A DNA stretch of 64,000 nucleotides, from positions 64,001 to 128,000 of the IMG/VR virus record IMGVR_UViG_3300020183_000013, one strand, 5' to 3'. Made by a program: the position numbers and the translations under genes. The stretch comes from a virus. Positions 8,277 to 14,225 of the stretch are shown here, in pieces. Below the pieces are notes generated by a model. It saw nothing but the letters and a program-made list of their open reading frames with translations. It had not been told where the DNA came from and searched no databases. Numbering within the stretch: the stretch's first letter is position 1; the number at the start of each line of letters is the position of its first letter.

Positions 8277-8633
8277 CGAGATTCGCAGAGACGCACTAGA
8301 TTCGCACACACAAGACACTTCGAGATTCGCATAGGTCTCATAGTTACTTCGAGATTCGCACAATACCTTATAATCAAACTAGATTCACATCATATCATTA
8401 TATCGTTATATCATACTAGATTCACATAAGTTCTCGTAATCATTTCGAGATTCGCATCAATCACATAAACACTTCGAGATATCATCATATCATCATATCA
8501 TCATATACTAGATTCATTTCGAGATTCACACAATACATCTAGATTCTTACTAGATTCGCATATATACTGTCAAGGGTCTCGTGAACACTTCGAGATTCGC
8601 ACACAATAACTTGACACACCTTCTAGATTCACG
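8277..8633 (+). repeat. Iteron-like array of 14 C(G/T)AGATTC(G/A)CA units
   Basis: Copies start at 8277, 8296, 8321, 8350, 8379, 8416, 8446, 8475 (variant), 8508, 8520, 8539, 8550, 8591 and 8623, all in one orientation; (ATATCATC)3 at about 8479-8506. Confidence 0.85.
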
Positions 8634-8639
8634 TATACT
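8611..8639 (+). promoter_or_regulatory. Sigma70 promoter with an array repeat inside its spacer
   Basis: TTGACA-17-TATACT; CTAGATTCAC lies between the boxes. Confidence 0.8.
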
Positions 8640-8671
8640 ATACACATAGTTTTTCAGGAGTTCGAGTTCTT

Positions 8672-8845
8672 ATGTCTAGTTCTTATCTGTCTGCAACAAA
8701 GACTAAGTATCGCATCACGTTAGAGCTAGAGGTGTTTCCAGATATGAATCCTCATCAGATTCAGTGGGAACGTGTACTCGAACTTGAGCCTGCGGAGAAG
8801 GTTAACTCTTATGTCGAAGACCTGAGTACACCTGACCGCTGGTAG
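8672..8845 (+). CDS. Small hypothetical protein (57 aa)
   Basis: AGGAG upstream; MSSSYLSATKTKYRITLELEV...LSTPDRW. Confidence 0.7.
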   Translation: MSSSYLSATKTKYRITLELEVFPDMNPHQIQWERVLELEPAEKVNSYVEDLSTPDRW

Positions 8846-8882
8846 AAACTATAGTTCAGTCTCCTTAAGTTTATCTCTTAAG

Positions 8883-8917
8883 ATCTCCCATTCTACCAAG
8901 AATCGGGAGATTTTTTT
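8883..8917 (+). terminator. Probable intrinsic terminator
   Basis: ATCTCCC-ATTCT...AGAAT-C-GGGAGAT stem followed by a T tract. Confidence 0.6.
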
Positions 8918-8924
8918 ATGTCTT

Positions 8925-8983
8925 TGTGCCACTTGTAGAACTGTCCATAATATTCACCAAACCCCTGTGGAACCTGGTATATT
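8925..8983 (+). promoter_or_regulatory. Early palindromic element plus -10 box (copy 3)
   Basis: TGTGCCA-N10-TGTCCAT, 29 bp, TGG-TATATT. Confidence 0.7.
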
Positions 8984-9013
8984 TGCAATGTGGTTAATTC
9001 TCTACACAAAACC

Positions 9014-9262
9014 ATGCAAGACTTTTCCAAGAAATTCTACCAAACCCTGATGCTCAATGTTGCAACAATTGCCGCGATTGTGGTGGGAATTGTGACATTT
9101 ATGATTCGCTCCTTCAATGAGAACAATGGGGCAGAAAAGACACGTAAGGTGTTACAAACTGTTCTGCGCTTCGTTGATACCATTGTGGGCAAGCTTCAGG
9201 TTCTGGTGAATACTGATGTGCCAGAAGTAAAAGTGGCACAGAAAACTACCAAAGGGAAGTGA
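9014..9262 (+). CDS. Hypothetical single-pass membrane protein
   Basis: LMLNVATIAAIVVGIVTFMI hydrophobic segment. Confidence 0.65.
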   Translation: MQDFSKKFYQTLMLNVATIAAIVVGIVTFMIRSFNENNGAEKTRKVLQTVLRFVDTIVGKLQVLVNTDVPEVKVAQKTTKGK

Positions 9263-9275
9263 ATCCTGGTATATT
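9217..9275 (+). promoter_or_regulatory. Early palindromic element plus -10 box (copy 4)
   Basis: TGTGCCA-N10-TGGCACA, 29 bp, TGG-TATATT. Confidence 0.75.
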
Positions 9276-9300
9276 ACATTCGTTCGGTTGAAAACTGACT

Positions 9301-9435
9301 ATGTGCGGTCCTGCTTTTGAGTATACTCGGGAAGATTTCCTGAATGATGCTTCTGATGAAGAATGGGTTGAATGGGAACAGAAAGCAGCAGAACTTGAGT
9401 TGACTCTGGATTACTACCTCGCCGAATTTGTCTGA
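9301..9435 (+). CDS. Small acidic protein (44 aa)
   Basis: MCGPAFEYTREDFLNDASDEEW...DYYLAEFV. Confidence 0.65.
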   Translation: MCGPAFEYTREDFLNDASDEEWVEWEQKAAELELTLDYYLAEFV

Positions 9436-9632
9436 TGGAATTTGTTAACTACGTTCGTTCATTCTATGGCCCTGGTGGTATCTACTCGATGAATGTAACT
9501 GATGCAATGATCATCGACGCCACCATACAGTACTTGACAACTCCTGGCACACGTTGGTGCGATGGTGATAGTTTCGACCGCGAACATGTTCGTGACATTA
9601 TGATCGAACGGTTCGGTCTTGTGCCAACCTGA
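9435..9632 (+). CDS. Hypothetical protein
   Basis: TGATG overlap; FYGPGGIY...GDSFDREHVRD; stop lies inside element copy 5. Confidence 0.7.
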   Translation: MEFVNYVRSFYGPGGIYSMNVTDAMIIDATIQYLTTPGTRWCDGDSFDREHVRDIMIERFGLVPT

Positions 9633-9680
9633 GAACTGGCACACGGGGTCGCCACAGACCCCACCCCCTGACCCTATACT
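9620..9680 (+). promoter_or_regulatory. Early palindromic element plus -10 box (copy 5)
   Basis: TGTGCCA-N10-TGGCACA, 31 bp containing GGGGTC/GACCCC, TATACT. Confidence 0.8.
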
Positions 9681-9705
9681 GATTCAGTCAACCACACACG
9701 AGATC

Positions 9706-9966
9706 ATGCTCAAGAAAGTATCACCCGAAAAGGCAACTCCATCTCCTGTTGTAGTTAACAAAGGAAAGCATGGATACAACTGCTGGGTGTATTCTAGCAG
9801 GATTCAGAAGAATGGCAACACATACTTTAAGTATACAATTGCCCACACATTCAAGCAAAAGTTTGTATCTAGAGAGGATGCCCTGATGTATGGTTGGGCG
9901 AAAGTTAATGGGCACAAAGTTACAACTTTCGATGTGCCCATGCGCCACAAACCTGTGACAGTCTGA
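9706..9966 (+). CDS. Basic hypothetical protein
   Basis: ATG 9706 after the promoter; stop inside element copy 6. Confidence 0.65.
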   Translation: MLKKVSPEKATPSPVVVNKGKHGYNCWVYSSRIQKNGNTYFKYTIAHTFKQKFVSREDALMYGWAKVNGHKVTTFDVPMRHKPVTV

Positions 9967-10013
9967 CTAGTGGCACAAGACCCCTTGCGGTTCTCCTGAT
10001 TCTGGTTTACATT
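9954..10013 (+). promoter_or_regulatory. Early palindromic element plus promoter (copy 6)
   Basis: TGTGACA-N10-TGGCACA, then TTGCGG-17-TACATT. Confidence 0.8.
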
Positions 10014-10040
10014 ACATTCGTTCAAACAAAGGAACACCAA

Positions 10041-10286
10041 ATGCGTCCTGTTTCTGTTCACCCTGAGAAAAGCATTCGGTTCACTGAACACGCTAAGTTC
10101 TGGTGTGAAATGTTGAACAATTATCGCAAATGTTACCCTAAGCATTCGTTTGCTAAAATGGCAGAACATTTCGATCTGAGTGAAACAAATGCCCGCCGAT
10201 ATTACTATGGAATGCATCAAGCAAATCTGGGGTATTTTGGCAATGGTTACAATCAAATCCGCAGGGGTGCCTGTGTGACACTCTGA
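10041..10286 (+). CDS. Putative helix-turn-helix DNA-binding protein
   Basis: SFAKMAEHFDLSETNARRYYYG fits an HTH pattern. Confidence 0.55.
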   Translation: MRPVSVHPEKSIRFTEHAKFWCEMLNNYRKCYPKHSFAKMAEHFDLSETNARRYYYGMHQANLGYFGNGYNQIRRGACVTL

Positions 10287-10333
10287 GAACTGCCACAAGG
10301 GGGGTTGCAATGCTCCCCAATCCGTTCTACATT
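10274..10333 (+). promoter_or_regulatory. Early palindromic element plus promoter (copy 7)
   Basis: TGTGACA-N10-TGCCACA, then TTGCAA-17-TACATT. Confidence 0.8.
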
Positions 10334-10358
10334 ACATTCGTTCCTGAGACACCAACCG

Positions 10359-10796
10359 ATGACCGTGACTCTGACTGCTTCCTATCGTGAAATGCTGCAC
10401 GAAGATGCAGTTGCTAAGATCGATGAGCTTCTGGAGGAGAACTATGCTCTCGATGATATGCTTGAGTTCATCGATGAGCGTAATGAGACCAACTTCGTTC
10501 TCTTTTATGAAGAGTATGTGCGTGTTGGTGAAGCAATCGGTTATGAAGCAGTAGATGCTCTCATTGATGAAATGGGATGCGTTTCTGACATTGAAGATTG
10601 CGACGAACGTTATCAAGGTTGCTATCAAGATGAGGCAGAGTTTGCAGAATCTTTCTACAATGAAATGGGTTGCAACATCCCTGAAGGAATTGTAGTGGAT
10701 TGGGAAGCAACGTGGGAAACTTCGCTGCATTATGATTACACTTCCTGCAGTGATGGTAGCACCTATCGTTCTTGCCACATCTTCCGCGATTGCTGA
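10359..10796 (+). CDS. ardA: ArdA-like antirestriction (DNA mimic) protein
   Basis: Very acidic; YQGCYQDEAEFAESF...IPEGIVVDWEATW...YDY...HIFR matches the ArdA C-terminal pattern. Confidence 0.65.
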   Translation: MTVTLTASYREMLHEDAVAKIDELLEENYALDDMLEFIDERNETNFVLFYEEYVRVGEAIGYEAVDALIDEMGCVSDIEDCDERYQGCYQDEAEFAESFYNEMGCNIPEGIVVDWEATWETSLHYDYTSCSDGSTYRSCHIFRDC

Positions 10797-10803
10797 TAAG
10801 AAT

Positions 10804-10830
10804 GGGGGGATTAATTCCCTCCCTTTTTTT
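10804..10830 (+). terminator. Intrinsic terminator
   Basis: GGGGGGA-TTAA-TTCCCTCCC stem plus T7. Confidence 0.6.
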
Positions 10831-10834
10831 ATAC

Positions 10835-10914
10835 TTTTATTTTAAATATTTTTTAGCAGGGGCGGTGGCGATGGTTTTCGTCTTAGAGGCTACCCCGCCT
10901 CTCATCCGATTGTC
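10835..10914 (-). ncRNA. Candidate structured small RNA
   Basis: Minus-strand TATAAT (10925-10920) lies 30 bp from element copy 8; AGAGGC/GCCTCT hairpin; no convincing ORF. Confidence 0.4.
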
Positions 10915-10955
10915 CCCATATTATAAGGCAGCCACGGGGGCATTCGTGGGCAGCC

Positions 10956-11014
10956 AGTGCCACTTCCCGAACTGACCACGACCCATTGCGTTGGGTGCTG
11001 ATCCGTGCCATACT
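10956..11014 (+). promoter_or_regulatory. Early palindromic element plus promoter (copy 8)
   Basis: AGTGCCA-N10-TGACCAC, then TTGCGT-17-CATACT. Confidence 0.7.
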
Positions 11015-11020
11015 AACCGT

Positions 11021-11932
11021 ATGCAAAACAAACACCTCGAACACCCCGAAGATACCATCCTCACGGGTGACCTTTCTGTTCTTGATTGGTTTACTGCTGC
11101 AGGATTCCTGAGTGTAAAGATTGATGGTGCCCCTGCAATTGTATGGGGTAAGAATCCTGCGAACGGTAAGTTCTTCGTTGGCACCAAAGCTGTGTTCAAC
11201 AAAGTAAAGATTCGTATTGCACACAATTATGAAGAAATTGATGCGTTCTATCAAGGTGAGGTTGCGTCTATTCTTCGTGCTTGTTTTGATTATCTGCCTC
11301 GCATCGATGGTATCATTCAAGGGGATTTTATTGGTTTTGGCGGTAGTGATGAGTATTGCCCCAACACGATTACTTACCAGTTTGGTGAAGTAGTAACTGA
11401 AGAGATCATTGTTGCACCTCACACTTACTACGTTGCAGAAAAGGATCTGCGGGATGCTGTAGCGTATCCGATGAACTTTATCATCACTGATACTCCCTGT
11501 GTGAAGTTTGTGAAACCTGATGTATACATTGCACACGGTCAAGAATCGTTCGCTGATGTAAAAGAAGTCTGTGGATTTGCTCGTCAAATGTCTACTCTTG
11601 CAACGTTTGTAACTGATAAGGAAGCACAGAAGATCAAGCAACAACTGAATGCCTGCATTCGTGCTGGTGAAGAAGTCAACCCTGAGGACTTTGATTGTGA
11701 TGCTAACCTGTTGCGTTTGTGGGCACTGGTGAAGTCGATTAAGGATGATTGTCTGTTCCTTTGTCGTAACAATGGGCCTGCAGCTTATCTGGGTTCTCCT
11801 CATAACGGCTATGAAAGAATTGACTCTGAGGGTTACGTAATGACCAATGAGTTTGGTATGTTCAAACTGGTGAATCGTGAGGTATTCTCTCACGCCAACT
11901 TCACCAACGGTCGATTTCAGTGTGCCACCTAA
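11021..11932 (+). CDS. DUF6267-like protein with ligase/covalent nucleotidyltransferase motifs
   Basis: HLEHPED N-terminus; motif I KIDG, QGDF, EGYV, FKLVNR. Confidence 0.7.
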   Translation: MQNKHLEHPEDTILTGDLSVLDWFTAAGFLSVKIDGAPAIVWGKNPANGKFFVGTKAVFNKVKIRIAHNYEEIDAFYQGEVASILRACFDYLPRIDGIIQGDFIGFGGSDEYCPNTITYQFGEVVTEEIIVAPHTYYVAEKDLRDAVAYPMNFIITDTPCVKFVKPDVYIAHGQESFADVKEVCGFARQMSTLATFVTDKEAQKIKQQLNACIRAGEEVNPEDFDCDANLLRLWALVKSIKDDCLFLCRNNGPAAYLGSPHNGYERIDSEGYVMTNEFGMFKLVNREVFSHANFTNGRFQCAT

Positions 11933-11980
11933 ACAAGTGCCACATCCTCCCTTGTGGAGGTCCTGGATTCGTGCCATACT
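11921..11980 (+). promoter_or_regulatory. Early palindromic element plus promoter (copy 9)
   Basis: TGTGCCA-N10-TGCCACA, then TTGTGG-17-CATACT. Confidence 0.8.
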
Positions 11981-12003
11981 ACGTTTGTTGCTGAGGGATT
12001 TCA

Positions 12004-12132
12004 ATGGATTTCGACACTGACTTCTGGGGTGAGATTCAAGATGCCCCTGGTGAAATCTTCGACATTCCAGAGTTCGATGACTCTGATGATTTCAACCTCA
12101 ATGAGTATTTGAACGCTTCCTACGATTACTGA
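12004..12132 (+). CDS. Small highly acidic protein (42 aa)
   Basis: MDFDTDFWGEIQDAPGEIFDIPEFDDSDDFNLNEYLNASYDY. Confidence 0.65.
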   Translation: MDFDTDFWGEIQDAPGEIFDIPEFDDSDDFNLNEYLNASYDY

Positions 12133-12136
12133 AACA

Positions 12137-12331
12137 ATGCAATTTCAAGTTACTGCAATCGAGTTTGATTTTGATGATGAGGATCTACATCCTGAGGAGA
12201 AATCTGACATCATCGAGGATACAGTAGGACACATCTGGGAAGCAGATGATGAAGATGATCTCATTGAAGAGATCACTTCGTGGACAGGTTGGTGCATCAA
12301 ATCCATTGATTATCGTCACGTTCTGATCTGA
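12137..12331 (+). CDS. Small acidic protein
   Basis: IEFDFDDED...WEADDEDDLIEEIT..TGWCI. Confidence 0.7.
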   Translation: MQFQVTAIEFDFDDEDLHPEEKSDIIEDTVGHIWEADDEDDLIEEITSWTGWCIKSIDYRHVLI

Positions 12332-12333
12332 TT

Positions 12334-12516
12334 ATGTACCGCACTGAACTTCAAGACGCCTACATCAATCAGGTTCTTGATGATATGGACATCAAAGATG
12401 CAATGGCATTGTTGTTTGATTTTATGGATGCTGACCTTGATAAGTATAGTGAAAAGCAACTGATTGAAGAGATTAGTCACTTTTATCCCGAACTGGTGGA
12501 GGATGTGACAGACTGA
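12334..12516 (+). CDS. Small acidic protein
   Basis: 60 aa; stop inside element copy 10. Confidence 0.7.
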   Translation: MYRTELQDAYINQVLDDMDIKDAMALLFDFMDADLDKYSEKQLIEEISHFYPELVEDVTD

Positions 12517-12564
12517 CTAGTGGCACAAGGGGTCGCCACAGACCCCACCCTGACCCCTTATACT
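12504..12564 (+). promoter_or_regulatory. Early palindromic element plus -10 box (copy 10)
   Basis: TGTGACA-N10-TGGCACA, 31 bp, TATACT. Confidence 0.8.
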
Positions 12565-12587
12565 GATCTCAGTTCAGACAACCCCCG

Positions 12588-12827
12588 ATGATCGTCCAAC
12601 AGATCGGCAGCAACATGACCGAAGTGCAACTTGCCGATGGCACTTGTGTACTGGTCTCCTACACGACCCCCGTTGCTGCCCTTGTGCCTGGGAAGGGATG
12701 GATCCGCACTGCCCACAAGTGGAGCGCCACCACCACCAAGCACATTAACAAGTGGCTTGCCAAGAACTGCGGTGGCGCTGTTCAGACTGTGACACAATGG
12801 GAAGTGGATCAACTGCTCGCATTCTGA
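12588..12827 (+). CDS. Conserved phage hypothetical protein
   Basis: SYTTPVA...WSATTTKHINKWL motif typical of a widespread phage early family. Confidence 0.7.
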   Translation: MIVQQIGSNMTEVQLADGTCVLVSYTTPVAALVPGKGWIRTAHKWSATTTKHINKWLAKNCGGAVQTVTQWEVDQLLAF

Positions 12828-12851
12828 CCTTTCCGACCCTGTAGAATCCTT

Positions 12852-13052
12852 ATGATCACCACCACCCGATTCCGCTTGATCCGCACCCCTCGCTTCCTTG
12901 CTCCTCTGTTCTACGCTGCCCTCGCTACCCGCCCCCGTGTCGGTGATGAGGCAGCGGCAGTGAGCATCGGTCCTGCCTACCTTGGCATCTACCGCACCCA
13001 TAACGGGTTTGAGGTTGTCTACGGCATCCTGAACGAACAGGAAGCACTCTGA
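12852..13052 (+). CDS. Hypothetical protein
   Basis: 66 aa ORF; TAGAAT -10-like box just upstream. Confidence 0.55.
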   Translation: MITTTRFRLIRTPRFLAPLFYAALATRPRVGDEAAAVSIGPAYLGIYRTHNGFEVVYGILNEQEAL

Positions 13053-13108
13053 CCAATGGGAACTGCAGCGCCCTAAAGACTGCTTCAACCATCCTACCCC
13101 TTTCTGAA

Positions 13109-13240
13109 ATGACCCGCGACCTGGCTCTGTCCCTGCTCCGTCAAGGCACCAACGGCGACAGCATCCTTAAGATTCTGGAGACCATCGCCAACCCTAGCGA
13201 CGATAGCGCACAACCGACCGCCGAGCCCATCCAGTTCTGA
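13109..13240 (+). CDS. Small hypothetical protein (43 aa)
   Basis: MTRDLALSLLRQGTNGDSILKILETIA...AEPIQF. Confidence 0.6.
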   Translation: MTRDLALSLLRQGTNGDSILKILETIANPSDDSAQPTAEPIQF

Positions 13241-13251
13241 CTCTGACCACT

Positions 13252-13286
13252 GGCCCCCTCGGATGATCCGCAGGGGGCCTTATACT
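13252..13286 (+). promoter_or_regulatory. Stem-loop plus -10 box
   Basis: GGCCCCCT...AGGGGGCC inverted repeat directly before TATACT. Confidence 0.55.
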
Positions 13287-13309
13287 AAGGGGACCGAAGC
13301 AACTCACCG

Positions 13310-13828
13310 ATGAACACCGCCACCATCACCACCGCCCAGCAACAATACCTGGATGCCTTCGCCGCTCTGTATGAGGCAGCGGATGCTCTGAACGCCGGTG
13401 ATCCGATGTCCTATGCCCGTTCCCGTGAGATCCACCTTGCCTGCCTGCTGGGCCACACCGTTGCCGATACGTACAGCGGTGCTGATGCCTTCGAAGCGGA
13501 TGGCACCCCTGTAGAGTACAAAAGCACCATCGGCGCTCAGATCTCTGCGACCTACAACGGCATCAGCGTTCAACCGACCTGGGAAGAGCAGGAGGCCTAT
13601 CTGATCGACCATAAGATCGGATGCTACCCCCGCCACTATTACGCCCGCTATGAGGGTGCCCAGGTTGCTGAGGTTTGGGTTCTGGATTCTGATACGGTGC
13701 TCTCCCTGCTGCTCCCTAAGGCAGAACGCCAGTACGCCACCAAGCGCAACGGCAAGGCAAAGGATCCCCGCATCGGCGTCAGCATCTCCGCTGGTGAGAT
13801 CCGCAAACACGCCCGCCGCCTGGTCTGA
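13310..13828 (+). CDS. PvuII-like PD-(D/E)xK restriction endonuclease homolog
   Basis: GADAFEADGTPVEYKS aligns by eye with the PvuII catalytic segment GNDAVDNAGQEYELKS; similar size and colinear C-terminus. Confidence 0.65.
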   Translation: MNTATITTAQQQYLDAFAALYEAADALNAGDPMSYARSREIHLACLLGHTVADTYSGADAFEADGTPVEYKSTIGAQISATYNGISVQPTWEEQEAYLIDHKIGCYPRHYYARYEGAQVAEVWVLDSDTVLSLLLPKAERQYATKRNGKAKDPRIGVSISAGEIRKHARRLV

Positions 13829-13867
13829 TCCGTGCTACAATTCTTTCAGTCCAACCGACACCGACCA

Positions 13868-14053
13868 ATGGCACTCTACAACATCGCATCCGACCGCACG
13901 ACCCGCCAGACCATCTGGGTTAGCACCAACGTTGTGAAGGGTCGCCCCCAGATCAACTCCCACTCCTCCGCTGCTTATGCTCGGGAAGGGTTCGACGGAT
14001 TCACCGCCGCCGAACTGGCAGGACTTCACACCGACTACCGTGGGGTGGGGTGA
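13868..14053 (+). CDS. Hypothetical protein
   Basis: ATG 13868 downstream of TG-C-TACAAT (13836-13841). Confidence 0.6.
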   Translation: MALYNIASDRTTRQTIWVSTNVVKGRPQINSHSSAAYAREGFDGFTAAELAGLHTDYRGVG

Positions 14054-14086
14054 CCCCCCTCCCATTCGTTCGGAGCATTCGTGAAT

Positions 14087-14153
14087 GGCAGTTATGGGTA
14101 TAACGGCGGCGTTATGTCCGCCCGCCCTGCCGTTATAAAAACCCATAACTACC
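14087..14153. repeat. Long imperfect inverted repeat (hairpin/cruciform)
   Basis: AGTTATGGGT+ATAACGGC pairs with GCCGTTAT+ACCCATAACT around an A4 bulge. Confidence 0.8.
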
Positions 14154-14225
14154 CTAACCTACAGAGGTGACAAAGAGCGTGAGAACTATAAGACATAAAA
14201 AAATTTTCCGTGGCCACAAGGACCT

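Noticed and set aside
8180-8377. 65-aa minus-strand ORF across the repeat array
   Set aside because: Its sequence is a translation of the DNA repeats (CANL units); no RBS or coding signal
8277-8633. CRISPR or mini-CRISPR array
   Set aside because: Repeats are only about 8-14 bp, spacing is irregular (11-41 bp), spacers are low-complexity, and there are no cas genes
10870-10910. Hammerhead ribozyme on the minus strand (CGGAUGAG...CGAAA)
   Set aside because: Core deviates from CUGAUGA, stem II does not close next to GAAA, and no stems I/III could be formed
10883-12004. 373-aa minus-strand ORF and similar antisense ORFs (10332-10778, 12558-13088, 13304-13810, those inside gp7/gp18/gp23)
   Set aside because: They shadow well-supported + strand genes and have no recognisable motifs
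1229-12564. Palindromes as CRP or NtcA sites, or integron attC sites
   Set aside because: Spacing does not match TGTGA-N6-TCACA or GTA-N8-TAC; no attC R/L box structure and no integrase in the window
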